Virus record (IMG/VR): IMGVR_UViG_3300043353_000046
Location: 1 to 53,938 of that record
Source of the DNA: a virus
Lineage: Duplodnaviria > Caudoviricetes
Length of the DNA stretch: 53,938 bases
Strand: one strand, 5' to 3'
Shown: positions 8,700 to 17,965 of the stretch, piece after piece
How the letters are laid out: each line of letters starts with the position of its first letter
Position numbering within the stretch: the stretch's first letter is position 1
Made by a program: the position numbers and the translations under genes
The notes under the pieces: model-generated
Databases searched by the model: none
What the model saw: only the letters and a program-made list of their open reading frames with translations
Told to the model about the DNA's origin: nothing

Positions 8700-9791
8700 A
8701 TGGATTTGGAATCAGTAATTGCGGATGCAGTGTCGGACGCGAGCAGTGGCACCGGAGCGGACGAAGGTCTGGCCGATGCGGGCGATACGGGCACCGTTGT
8801 CGCGGACTCGACGCTCCCGGACGGGACAGCAGACGCAGAAGGCGCGGTCAAGGTCGACAACGCAGAGGGGGACACGCCGGTCGTCGAGAAGGATGAGAAG
8901 CCAGTCGTCGATGACCGCTCGGAAGCGGAAAAGCTGCTGGAAGCGGAAGGCATCAAGGCGCCGAAAGAGGGCGAGCGTGAGAACCGCATCCCCTACCACC
9001 GTCAGGTGAAGATTTTCGGCAACGCCCTCAAGAAGGTCGAGGCCCGTCACACCGCAGCACTGTCCGAGGTCACTGCCAAGGTCGCGGCTCAGGATGCGGA
9101 GCTGGTCAACTTCCGTCGCGCAGACTCGCTGGCGACCAAGGACCCCGACAAATACATGGAGGTCCTGGGGACCATCAATCCGGCGTTCAAGGCGTACACC
9201 AAGGCGGGTGCAGCGGCAGCGGAGGGCAAGCCTGCAGCAGGAGTGGCCGCCGCCAGCGAACTTGGCCCGAAGCCCGGCCCGGACATCAAGTACGCCGATG
9301 GCTCTACCGCATTCTCGCCCGAGCAGCTGGAGAAGCGCGACGAGTGGCTGATTCAGAATGCGGTGCTGAAAGCCAAGGACGCGGCCGAGGCTGCGGCGGA
9401 AGCCAAATACGGCCCCATCGCCAAGGAGTTCGCGACCTCTCGTGAGGGCCAGGAACGCCACAATCGCATCCTGGGCGTCATCCAGGCCGAACAGCAGCAC
9501 TGGGGCGAGGACTTCCCGAAGCCCGGTAGCGCCGAAGAGAAGGCCGTCAATGAGGCGCTCAAGGCCGACCCCAAACTATCGCTCCGTGGAGCCATCCACA
9601 AGGTGGTGATGGGGAACCTCAAGGCCAGCAAGACGAAGGTCCGAGAGGACGTCCTGAAGGAAATCAATGGCCGGAAAGGCGCGGCACAGGCGGCCCCGGC
9701 TGCCAAGAAGGTCGTCGCCAACCCCGATGAGGTGAGGTCGACCGAGGACGTCATCCGCGAAAGCCTTGCAGCAGCAGGACTTAGGGCGTAG
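8700..9791 (+). CDS. Capsid scaffolding protein
   Basis: Acidic disordered N-terminus, RIPY motif, coiled coils; directly upstream of MCP. Confidence 0.75.
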   Translation: MDLESVIADAVSDASSGTGADEGLADAGDTGTVVADSTLPDGTADAEGAVKVDNAEGDTPVVEKDEKPVVDDRSEAEKLLEAEGIKAPKEGERENRIPYHRQVKIFGNALKKVEARHTAALSEVTAKVAAQDAELVNFRRADSLATKDPDKYMEVLGTINPAFKAYTKAGAAAAEGKPAAGVAAASELGPKPGPDIKYADGSTAFSPEQLEKRDEWLIQNAVLKAKDAAEAAAEAKYGPIAKEFATSREGQERHNRILGVIQAEQQHWGEDFPKPGSAEEKAVNEALKADPKLSLRGAIHKVVMGNLKASKTKVREDVLKEINGRKGAAQAAPAAKKVVANPDEVRSTEDVIRESLAAAGLRA

Positions 9792-9848
9792 GGTACCGTA
9801 AAGTGTAAGTCCGAACTGTCGCCCCATAGGGTCAAGGATTGTCACCTA

Positions 9849-9878
9849 TTGACACTCCTGTACCCTATGGGGTACATT
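9849..9878 (+). promoter_or_regulatory. Sigma70-type promoter of the capsid gene with an overlapping palindromic operator
   Basis: TTGACA-N18-TACATT; palindrome TGTACCC-TATG-GGGTACA at 9859-9876. Confidence 0.65.
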
Positions 9879-10001
9879 TGAATTGCGATTCGTTCCCGTA
9901 AGGAACTCGACTCCCGCCCCACCCCCGTTAAGGGATGCAGGCTGCTCGCCTGTAACTGAGCTTCGACGATTCAGTAACCCCTTTCACGGGAGATTCAGTT
10001 C

Positions 10002-10934
10002 ATGGCTCTTTCTATCAGTCAGATTGTGGCAGTGTCGTACCCTGCCGTCCTCGCGGAGATGCGCAAGCCGGCCAACCAGTGGGCGGAGTCCGCGTTCCTG
10101 CGCGAACTCGAACGCCAGGGTGGGCTCATCAAGAAGTCGCTCGGTGCGACGATTGAAGCGCCCCTCGACTACCAGCGCAACCCGAACGCCGGCTTCCTCG
10201 CCAGCGACATGCAGGCGACGTCGCTCTCGAAGACCGAAGTGCTGACCAGCGCGAGCTACAGCATCGCGGAGCTGTCGGCGCCCATCGTGTGGTCGAAGAA
10301 GGACGAAGTCCAGAACCCGAGCGAGAACCAGAAGATTGCCCTGGTCAAGTCGCTCCTGGAGAACGGCATCGAGTCCCACGACGACCTCATCGAGCAGTAC
10401 ATCTTCCAGACCTCGACCAACGGCTTCCTCGGGCTGCTCACGCACTGCCCGACGAACGGTCAGGGTTCGGACGGTGGCATCGACGCCTCGGTGAACGCCT
10501 TCTGGCGCTCACAGCAGGCCACCTACGTGGATGACACCGACATCGAAGCGGCGTTCACCACGGTGTGGAATGCCTGCGCCAAGGGGTCGGGCGCCAAGCT
10601 CGTCCCGACGCTGATGGTCTCGGACGGCCCGACGCAGGCGCTGTTCGAAGGCACGCAGCAGGCGAACCAGCGCTACGTCGACAGCCAGGAACTGAAGGCC
10701 GGCTTCAAGGTCCTCGGCTTCAAGACCTCGCGCTACGTGTTCAGCCAGTACGGGTCCACCTCGGTGTTCTTCCTCAACCCGAAGAACTTCCAGCTCGTCG
10801 CGAGCAAGGAGTATTTTCGGGACCGTGGCGACACGCAGGAGATTCCGAACGCCAACGGCTTCGTGACCAAAATCTACAGCGCGCTGCAGACCATCACGAA
10901 CAACCGCTCGCGTATCGGCTGCGCGCACCTGTAA
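10002..10934 (+). CDS. Major capsid protein
   Basis: 310 aa after scaffold; strongly biased codon use; followed by a terminator. Confidence 0.85.
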   Translation: MALSISQIVAVSYPAVLAEMRKPANQWAESAFLRELERQGGLIKKSLGATIEAPLDYQRNPNAGFLASDMQATSLSKTEVLTSASYSIAELSAPIVWSKKDEVQNPSENQKIALVKSLLENGIESHDDLIEQYIFQTSTNGFLGLLTHCPTNGQGSDGGIDASVNAFWRSQQATYVDDTDIEAAFTTVWNACAKGSGAKLVPTLMVSDGPTQALFEGTQQANQRYVDSQELKAGFKVLGFKTSRYVFSQYGSTSVFFLNPKNFQLVASKEYFRDRGDTQEIPNANGFVTKIYSALQTITNNRSRIGCAHL

Positions 10935-10942
10935 GGGGTACC

Positions 10943-10975
10943 GGGGACTGGCATGAGCTAGTCCCCAACTTTTTT
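10943..10975 (+). terminator. Intrinsic terminator
   Basis: GGGGACTGGC-ATGA-GCTAGTCCCC followed by a T tract. Confidence 0.8.
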
Positions 10976-10996
10976 CTCGGTTGAGGGAGTTTCACT

Positions 10997-11482
10997 ATGG
11001 CAGCTATGTATCTCACCGGCGCACCCCTTGGGTCCGTTGGTATTCCGGGACAGGTCGACAGCGCGGCTCGGGTGGCGCTCGGCACGCGGTGCTTCGGCGT
11101 GGACCCGCTCGGCAACACGGCGGAGTTCATCTACCTGCAGGGTGTCGCGTCCACTATCGCCGGGTCCGTTGTGACCTTCGACGAGGCGGGGCAGACCCTG
11201 CTCATCGCGGCTGGCGCGGTCGGGCCGGTGGCGGTGGCGCTCGGTATCGTGACGGCGGGTCTGTTCGGCTGGTACGGCATCGCGGGAACCTTCCCGACTG
11301 ATGTGGTCGCCAACTGCGCGGACAACGCGGCCATCGGGCGCGAGACCACGGACGGCAAGGTTGGAGACGGAGCGGCCTCGGGCAACTTCATCTTCGGTGC
11401 GGTCAGCCGGGCGGCCACGACTGCGGCGGCGGTCGTGAACTGCCAGTTCCTCTACGGCACGGTCAACGGCAAGTCGGCGTAA
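10997..11482 (+). CDS. Capsid cement/decoration-like protein
   Basis: EFIYLQG...FGWYGIAG pattern, Gly/Ala-rich, directly after MCP. Confidence 0.6.
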   Translation: MAAMYLTGAPLGSVGIPGQVDSAARVALGTRCFGVDPLGNTAEFIYLQGVASTIAGSVVTFDEAGQTLLIAAGAVGPVAVALGIVTAGLFGWYGIAGTFPTDVVANCADNAAIGRETTDGKVGDGAASGNFIFGAVSRAATTAAAVVNCQFLYGTVNGKSA

Positions 11483-11515
11483 TCGGGTCGGGTCCTTTCG
11501 GGGACACGTTGAATC

Positions 11516-11551
11516 AGGGTCTAGGCTTCAAGGAAGTCTAGACCCTTTCTT
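11516..11551 (+). terminator. Intrinsic terminator
   Basis: 14-bp stem AGGGTCTAGGCTTC/GAAGTCTAGACCCT followed by TTCTT. Confidence 0.75.
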
Positions 11552-11569
11552 CCACAGGGAGTAATTCAC

Positions 11570-11995
11570 ATGGCAGGTGCAATTCGTCGGGGTCCGGCTC
11601 CGTGGCTCAAGGCCGGCATTCGTGCGGCCGGCGCCATCGTCAGCTCGGGCGGAAAACTCGGATATTCGACCGGCGCGGGTGGCGCGGTCACGCAGCTCAC
11701 GGACAAAGCAACTGGCGTCACGCTGAGCAAGCTGTCGGGCGCCATCACCATGAACGGTGCGGCTCTCGCGGCGGGTGCGGAAGCGACGTTCGTGGTCACC
11801 AACACCCTCATCGGGGCGGGCGACGTCGTGGTGGTCTGCCATGCGTCGGCGGGCACCAGCGGTGCGTATCTCGTCCAGGCCAGTGCGCTGGTCGCAGGCG
11901 CGTCCTTCAGCATCACGGTCAGCAACGTCAGCGCGGGCTCGCTGTCGGAGGCCATCGTCCTCAACTACGTCATCATCAAAGGCGTCTCGGCGTAA
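11570..11995 (+). CDS. Virion structural protein (head fibre/decoration-like)
   Basis: GAGGAVTQLT.KATGVTL pattern; beta-rich; structural module. Confidence 0.65.
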   Translation: MAGAIRRGPAPWLKAGIRAAGAIVSSGGKLGYSTGAGGAVTQLTDKATGVTLSKLSGAITMNGAALAAGAEATFVVTNTLIGAGDVVVVCHASAGTSGAYLVQASALVAGASFSITVSNVSAGSLSEAIVLNYVIIKGVSA

Positions 11996-12007
11996 GAGCA
12001 AGTCGTG

Positions 12008-12050
12008 GTGAGGAACGGGGCCGATAAGACCCCGCTCCTCGCTTTTCTTT
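12008..12050 (+). terminator. Intrinsic terminator
   Basis: GAGGAACGGGG/CCCCGCTCCTC hairpin followed by TTTTCTTT. Confidence 0.7.
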
Positions 12051-12064
12051 AACCGGGGTGGGTC

Positions 12065-12931
12065 ATGAACAACTCTCGTCTTCCCAGCGATACCTTCGCG
12101 GGACTCCTCAATGAAATGCGTGCGGCGTCGACAGCGGGCGGGGGCCAAGCCCTCACCACGACGGCCCAGGTGATTGGCTTCCCTGGTGGGACCTCGCATG
12201 TGAGTTTGTATGCGCGGAACTTCTCGACGGCGGTTGTCGCGAAGGTGGCGCTGAATCCGTATCTGCTGATTCTGAAGTCAGCGGATGCGCTGGCGAGCGC
12301 GACTGACTACTCCAGTGCCGCGCAGAACAATCCCGTTGGCACGGGAGCGATTCTGAGTGCGCTCGGCACGCTGGCGAATGGGTCTGCGTTGTATGTCGGG
12401 TCGCATGTGCCGTTCAGAGGCATCGCGGTCGACGTGCTGGCCGGCTCGGTCAACGCGAATGCCTCGGTCATGACGGCTTCCTACTGGAATGGGAGTGGCT
12501 GGGCTGCGACCACAGGCTTTACTGATGGCACAGCGTCGGCGGGTGCGACGTTCGCGCAGGACGGAAAGATTGTCTGGACCGTCCCGAGTGATTGGGCCAA
12601 GGTGCAGTTGTCGCAGACGGTGAACCCGGCTCCGCAGAATCCGCCGAGCACGCCGACACTCATCGGCACGCTCCTGCCCTACAACGACAAGACGCAATAT
12701 TGGGCGCGCATTTCGGTGAGCGCAGCGCTGAGTGCGACGGTCATCGCCAGCACGCTGTATGCGCTGAATCGGTCGACGGCGTATGCCGAGATGACCGAGG
12801 GCTCGTTCCTGCAGTTCAGGACGACCAATCGGCCGGGCGGCACCTCCTGCGTGGAAGTGCTGACCGATGCGGGGACAGCCAACCTGATTGCCAACGTCTA
12901 CACCGACAACCCGATGGGAGTGTTCAAGTGA
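12065..12931 (+). CDS. Putative virion structural protein, beta-rich
   Basis: YWNGSGW and YWARI motifs; context. Confidence 0.6.
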   Translation: MNNSRLPSDTFAGLLNEMRAASTAGGGQALTTTAQVIGFPGGTSHVSLYARNFSTAVVAKVALNPYLLILKSADALASATDYSSAAQNNPVGTGAILSALGTLANGSALYVGSHVPFRGIAVDVLAGSVNANASVMTASYWNGSGWAATTGFTDGTASAGATFAQDGKIVWTVPSDWAKVQLSQTVNPAPQNPPSTPTLIGTLLPYNDKTQYWARISVSAALSATVIASTLYALNRSTAYAEMTEGSFLQFRTTNRPGGTSCVEVLTDAGTANLIANVYTDNPMGVFK

Positions 12932-13731
12932 AGGCTTTCCTGAACCGGCTGCTGCCGTTCTGTGTCGCGTTCTCGCTGCTGGCGGGCGTCACCGTCGCTC
13001 AACAGTCGGGTGGAGGTGGAAGCGGCGGAGCTTCGCTGAACGCCCCCCATACGTGGTCGGGGATGCAGACCTTCTCGGGTGGAGCTACCGCGACGACATA
13101 CACGTTCACGAGTGGGTCGCTCTTCACGGAGATTGGCAACGGCCAAGTGGCGGTCACCGACAGCACGGGAACCTCGTTCTCGAACTTTCTGTTCGGGCAC
13201 CAGAATACGTGGCCGAAATTGGTGTCAGCGGCCAACCGGATTCAACTGGCGCGACAGGACAACGCCTCGGGCGTGGCCCTGGGGTTCAGTGGGACGACGG
13301 TCGCGGGCAGCTGCACGGCCGGGGACTTCTTCATCGCCAGTACGGGGCTCGCTCAGGTGTGTGCAGCCTCCACCGTGTATGAGCCGTTTGGAGTCGTGGC
13401 GCCCCCGGCGTCGGTGACGTCAGGAACCACGCCCTCGGTGTCGCCGGTCAACGCCAACACTTTGAGCGGAGGGACTGCGTCCTTTCGCGTGAATGTGGGA
13501 ACAGGCGGGTCTGCTACGCAAATCTCGTTCTCGCTGACCGCTGCTCCGGTGGGCTGGAACTGTTCGGCCACCAATCTGACGGCGATGGCCGCGCATGTCG
13601 CGAACACGCGCGTCGTGCAGTTGTCGGGCTCGACCACCGCTATCGTGCTGGAGAGTCAGACGATTAGCACAGGCGCGGCGGTGGCATTTGCGGCCTCGGA
13701 TATCGTGGCGGTGACCTGCTCCGCCTTTTAA
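12928..13731 (+). CDS. Fibre/adhesin-like protein with N-terminal signal peptide (start GTG 12928)
   Basis: GGGAG RBS; GTGA overlap; MKAFLNRLLPFCVAFSLLAGVTVA-QQ; TWSGMQTFS fibre motif. Confidence 0.65.
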   Translation: MKAFLNRLLPFCVAFSLLAGVTVAQQSGGGGSGGASLNAPHTWSGMQTFSGGATATTYTFTSGSLFTEIGNGQVAVTDSTGTSFSNFLFGHQNTWPKLVSAANRIQLARQDNASGVALGFSGTTVAGSCTAGDFFIASTGLAQVCAASTVYEPFGVVAPPASVTSGTTPSVSPVNANTLSGGTASFRVNVGTGGSATQISFSLTAAPVGWNCSATNLTAMAAHVANTRVVQLSGSTTAIVLESQTISTGAAVAFAASDIVAVTCSAF

Positions 13732-13836
13732 GTGCTCTCTCGGGGGCGGCAATCCCGCTGCCTCCATCCTCGGCTGACTGGAGTCCAAATAACCCAGAAG
13801 GCCATCCTGCTCCTGCAGGAGAAAGCGACCACGACC

Positions 13837-14385
13837 ATGAGTGAAGATTCGACTCCCGGCGCAGCCATCACGATGTCAGGTGCGGAACTGGGGAAGGCGA
13901 TTGCCGAAGGCATTGCCGGCGCCACACCCCGCAAGGTCACGTTTGGTGAGTTCGCTCGCCGGCCCGACCCCATCTACCATCCGCTCGGCAAACAGGGTCC
14001 GCAGATGAAGCGGCCGTACTTCCAGAACGGCGTGAAGTTGGAGTACGCGAGCACGCACGACAAGGAAATCGCGCTCCTCAATCGCATCACCCACTCGGGC
14101 CGGTATATCGACCGGCTGGTGGAGGTGGTGGTCGCGCAGGACGGGGCTGACGACACCATCGATATCCGGTTCAGCAACAAGACCCCGGACATGCAGATTG
14201 AGCTGAAAGGCCACTGCCGGAACTTCCTCGACATGCTCCAGCAGATTGTCGACGCGCAGGAGATGGAGGACCTCGAAGAGGAGGAGCGGAAGTCCACCAG
14301 CAAGCCGGGTCGGGTGAGCGTGCCGAAGCAGTTTGGCAACAGCAAAGCGACCCAGGCCGCGTACGACGCAGCGAACAGCAAGTAA
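13837..14385 (+). CDS. Hypothetical protein
   Basis: AGGAG upstream; codon usage typical of the genome. Confidence 0.65.
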   Translation: MSEDSTPGAAITMSGAELGKAIAEGIAGATPRKVTFGEFARRPDPIYHPLGKQGPQMKRPYFQNGVKLEYASTHDKEIALLNRITHSGRYIDRLVEVVVAQDGADDTIDIRFSNKTPDMQIELKGHCRNFLDMLQQIVDAQEMEDLEEEERKSTSKPGRVSVPKQFGNSKATQAAYDAANSK

Positions 14386-14396
14386 GGAGTCAGCCG

Positions 14397-14666
14397 ATGC
14401 CTCTCATGCAAGGGTCGAGTAGCGGGACAGTGGGCGAGAACGTGAAAACGCTCATGCGTGAGGGGCGTCCGCAAGACCAGTCTGTGGCGATTGCGCTCAA
14501 GACGGCAGGCAAGAGTAAGCCGGGGATGAAGAAGAAGCCGCTGGCGCTCAAGCGAGTGCCGAAGGTCAAGCTGGCGCCCGCTGCCGCGCCTCAGCTCCGA
14601 GATGCAGCACAGATGAACGCGGCCTCACCGCTGGTGAAGACGCTGATGTCGCGGAAGGATGTGTAG
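14397..14666 (+). CDS. Small basic phage protein (MPL...ENxxxL...QxVAIAL type)
   Basis: AAGGAG RBS; recognisable phage small-protein motif. Confidence 0.7.
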   Translation: MPLMQGSSSGTVGENVKTLMREGRPQDQSVAIALKTAGKSKPGMKKKPLALKRVPKVKLAPAAAPQLRDAAQMNAASPLVKTLMSRKDV

Positions 14667-15018
14667 GGTGTTGAAAGGCAACTCGAAAGGCATCATGGGC
14701 GAGAACGTGCGCGAGGCCAAGAAGAAGGGGCTGAGTGAACGGGACGCGGTGCTCGTGAGCATGAAGAACAGCAAGAAGGACAAGAAGTCCTCGAACATCG
14801 CGGAGTCGTCGTCGCACGGGGACTATCCGTATAGCTCGCGTCTCGACCTCGACCACGAGATGCTGGAGAAGCTGGGCATCGACAAGATGCCGAAGCACGG
14901 GGCGCCGGTCACCATCCACGCCAAGGGCAAGGTGCATCGGACCTCTGAGGACACGAACAGCGACGGCAAGACGCGGCGGAGCATGACCGTGCAGATGACC
15001 CACATGAAGGTGAAGTGA
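14659..15018 (+). CDS. Putative capsid-associated (staple-like) protein with N-terminal domain resembling the preceding gene
   Basis: GENVREAKKKG...AVLVSM resembles GENVKTLMREG...SVAIAL; C-terminal YPY..RLDLD...LEKLGI. Confidence 0.55.
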   Translation: MCRVLKGNSKGIMGENVREAKKKGLSERDAVLVSMKNSKKDKKSSNIAESSSHGDYPYSSRLDLDHEMLEKLGIDKMPKHGAPVTIHAKGKVHRTSEDTNSDGKTRRSMTVQMTHMKVK

Positions 15019-15019
15019 G

Positions 15020-15703
15020 ATGACGTTCACGGACATCGTCAATGAAATCGCTGACCGTTGCGACCTCACCAGTGCGACAGCGCTGACCCGCATCGGCCGC
15101 GAGGTCAATGAGGCGTATCGGTGGCTGGCGAGTTCGATTGGGTTCTCGACGATTCAGTTCGTGCCGGGCGTGACCGCGTCCACGACCATCGGCAATCGCA
15201 ATCTGGTGTTTGGCGCGTCAGGCACCAAGGTCGAAAAGATTCTGTCCGTGTACAACGCGGCGTTCAACCCGCCGCAGGTGCTGGACCAGCTCACGATGGA
15301 CCAGATGCGCAATCAGATGCTCGGCACGGACCCGCCGCAGCAGTACGCGATTGAGTTGATGGGCGACCACACGGTGACGATTTACCTCGGGAGCGTGCCG
15401 GCGACGGTGTATGCGCTGACCGCTGACGTGCTGTCGAATCTCACAGACCTGTCGGGCACTCAAGTGCCGGCGTTTGCCGAGGACTACCACGACATCCTGG
15501 TCTACGGACCTCTCGGGCTTGAGTACAACCGGATGGAGAAGCCCGATATGGGGCGGATTTACAACTTCGAGGATGAGCGGAGGCCCGGACTGTTTCAGGT
15601 CCGCGCAAGCCAGCTCCGCTACTACATCGCGAAGAGTGCGTATCTGGATATTTATCAGGCGCGGACAGGTGGCATCTCGTTCCCTGTGCCGCTGGTGAGC
15701 TAA
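15020..15703 (+). CDS. Head-tail adaptor (tail tubular protein A-like)
   Basis: MTF..IV.EI...VNEAY and P.F.EDYHDILVY patterns; position. Confidence 0.7.
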   Translation: MTFTDIVNEIADRCDLTSATALTRIGREVNEAYRWLASSIGFSTIQFVPGVTASTTIGNRNLVFGASGTKVEKILSVYNAAFNPPQVLDQLTMDQMRNQMLGTDPPQQYAIELMGDHTVTIYLGSVPATVYALTADVLSNLTDLSGTQVPAFAEDYHDILVYGPLGLEYNRMEKPDMGRIYNFEDERRPGLFQVRASQLRYYIAKSAYLDIYQARTGGISFPVPLVS

Positions 15704-17965
15704 ATGCCTATGGCCGTTCCTGACATCGACGTGGAGACCATGCGCGGTGGTCTTAATGATACAGACCCCGCGAATGCGCTGAAGCCGGATGAATGCGTCC
15801 AGGCGGACAACATCGAGTTCTTCGCCTCCATGTGTGGAGAGCGGAGGGGCGGGAGTGTGTCTCTGAGCTTGACGAGCAGCGGGCTGACGGCGGAGGCGCT
15901 TATCTGCCATCTGTCGCAGTGGTTCCCGACCAACGTCCCGACGCTACCGGAATATATTGGCATCGCCGCGACTCCAGGGACCTCGGTCAGTGCTGCTCGC
16001 CGGGATACCGCTGGGACGTGGCATGTGCTGACCCCCAGCGATGCGATTGATACAGCCGCGCCCGGCATCTATGGGATTGTCACCCAGGCACTCGACGCGA
16101 ACAACTTCATCGCCTACAAGAGTGCGAACAACCGCCTGCACCTGATTACCACCGGGTCTGTCTGGCGGGTGGCGGGACTCGCTGCGCCGGCTGCACCGAC
16201 TGCGGCGGACACGGGTTCGGGGTCATTCACGGGCACCCGCTACTATCGCGTCCGCTACACCGAGGTCAGCGGCAGCACGGTGGTCCGTCGCAGTGAGCCC
16301 GGCCCGGTGCTGACGTTCGTGCCCTCGAAGACGGGAGCGGCGGCACGCGTGACGAAGCCTGCGGCTATCAGCGAAGGCGAGACCAACTGGGAACTCGAAG
16401 CGTCACTCGATAACGCCAACTGGTATCGGATTGCGTCCACGGTAGTGGGCACGACGACCTACGATGACCACGCGTCCAGCGCGAAAACCTATCCGACAGT
16501 GTCTCATGCGGCACCGACGAGCAACGATGGCACGGCTATCACTTACGTCCTCCTGAGCGACCAAGCGGCAGCGCTCAATCTCACCGGCACGGTGAGCAAT
16601 GGTATCTATGGCAACCCGGCAGGCACGATTGCCGGTCGTGGGTGGATTGGCTATACGAGCGGTGGCGTCTACATTCCGGCGTTCCCACCGACGTGGAGCG
16701 CAGGGCAGAACTGGTACGCCTCACCGGATGTCGCGGTGGCGATGGAACAAGCCAGTGTCGGTGGCGACGGGCAGGACTACGCAGCAACGGGGACGCTGTC
16801 AGAAGCGGTGGGCGCGTATCTCACCATCCCGAGTGCGAAGTTTCTGGCCGTCGATGGCGACCGACTCATTTGGGGCGGACATCAAACAGACCCGGCGTTA
16901 GCCTCGACGGTCGGCTGGACGCCCAAGAAGGGAGACCCTGGTGTTGGAAATAGTGAACGCAACCCCATTGTCACCACTGGTGGCGAAGACATCGTCTCCA
17001 CTCGTGACCTCGATAATTATGACGGCGGTCCTCTCACTGGGCTCGCCGCGTCTACGCTCGGCACATGGTACGCGTTCAAATGGCAGCGCATTTATTCTGC
17101 CGTCGAGAACCAGAACGTCACCAACGCCTATGACGTCAACTGCGTGAGTTCAACGCGGGGCGCGATTCCTGGCAGCGTCGTGAAGGCCGCGAATCCTGAC
17201 GGGTCGTCGACCATTTTCTTCCTCGACCCGAATGTGGGGCTGTGCCGGTTGGGCGTGGGCGGGGTCATCAACACCATTCGAGGCGTGCGGACCACCTGGG
17301 GGACGGTGAACGTCAAGGCGACGTCGCTGGTCTGCTGCGGCTGCTTCTATCCGTATAAGCATCAGGTCCGGTGGTGGGTGGCGACGGCGGGCTCGAATGT
17401 GCCGAACCTGGGGATTACCCTGCAGACGTCGGAGCTACAGCAACGCGGCGAGAGCGGCGAGCTGGGACGTGGGATTTCTCTCGTGACCGCTCGACAGTCT
17501 CAGGCGTTGTGTGCGGCGGCTCTGACCGTCACGGTGAACAACCAGACGACGGAGGTCCCGTTCATCGGCCAGACGAGCCCGGAGTTCGTGCAGCGGCTGG
17601 ACACGGGCGTCACCGACAACGGCACGACCTACGTGGCCACGCTCAAATCCCGGCCGTTGTTCCTCGCCGGGATGCTGAACAAGTTCGGCATCATTGCGGG
17701 GGCGCTGTTGGCGACAGCCAACGCGGCCGGGTCCATCATTCTGAGTCTCGTGCGTGATGAAGGTGGCGCAGGGCAGACGAACGTCTCGACGGTGGCGACG
17801 TCGCTGGCCCCCGTGGCGAGCGAGCCCCAAGTCATCAAGATATTTGACGGACTGGCGATGCGGGAGTTGCGTTCGCTGAACTTCATCCTGACTGACGGGG
17901 GCGCGAACACGCCCTGGGCCTGTCAGATGGTCAGTCTGAAGCCGAGTCTGGAGCAGAAGAAGTGA
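15704..17965 (+). CDS. Tail nozzle / DNA-stabilisation protein (P22 gp10-like)
   Basis: GGLN..DP..L..DE...ADN N-terminus; 753 aa, beta-rich. Confidence 0.7.
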   Translation: MPMAVPDIDVETMRGGLNDTDPANALKPDECVQADNIEFFASMCGERRGGSVSLSLTSSGLTAEALICHLSQWFPTNVPTLPEYIGIAATPGTSVSAARRDTAGTWHVLTPSDAIDTAAPGIYGIVTQALDANNFIAYKSANNRLHLITTGSVWRVAGLAAPAAPTAADTGSGSFTGTRYYRVRYTEVSGSTVVRRSEPGPVLTFVPSKTGAAARVTKPAAISEGETNWELEASLDNANWYRIASTVVGTTTYDDHASSAKTYPTVSHAAPTSNDGTAITYVLLSDQAAALNLTGTVSNGIYGNPAGTIAGRGWIGYTSGGVYIPAFPPTWSAGQNWYASPDVAVAMEQASVGGDGQDYAATGTLSEAVGAYLTIPSAKFLAVDGDRLIWGGHQTDPALASTVGWTPKKGDPGVGNSERNPIVTTGGEDIVSTRDLDNYDGGPLTGLAASTLGTWYAFKWQRIYSAVENQNVTNAYDVNCVSSTRGAIPGSVVKAANPDGSSTIFFLDPNVGLCRLGVGGVINTIRGVRTTWGTVNVKATSLVCCGCFYPYKHQVRWWVATAGSNVPNLGITLQTSELQQRGESGELGRGISLVTARQSQALCAAALTVTVNNQTTEVPFIGQTSPEFVQRLDTGVTDNGTTYVATLKSRPLFLAGMLNKFGIIAGALLATANAAGSIILSLVRDEGGAGQTNVSTVATSLAPVASEPQVIKIFDGLAMRELRSLNFILTDGGANTPWACQMVSLKPSLEQKK

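Noticed and set aside
12592-12927. N-terminal extension of the 379-aa ORF
   Set aside because: It overlaps the upstream gene; the RBS and signal peptide point to GTG 12928
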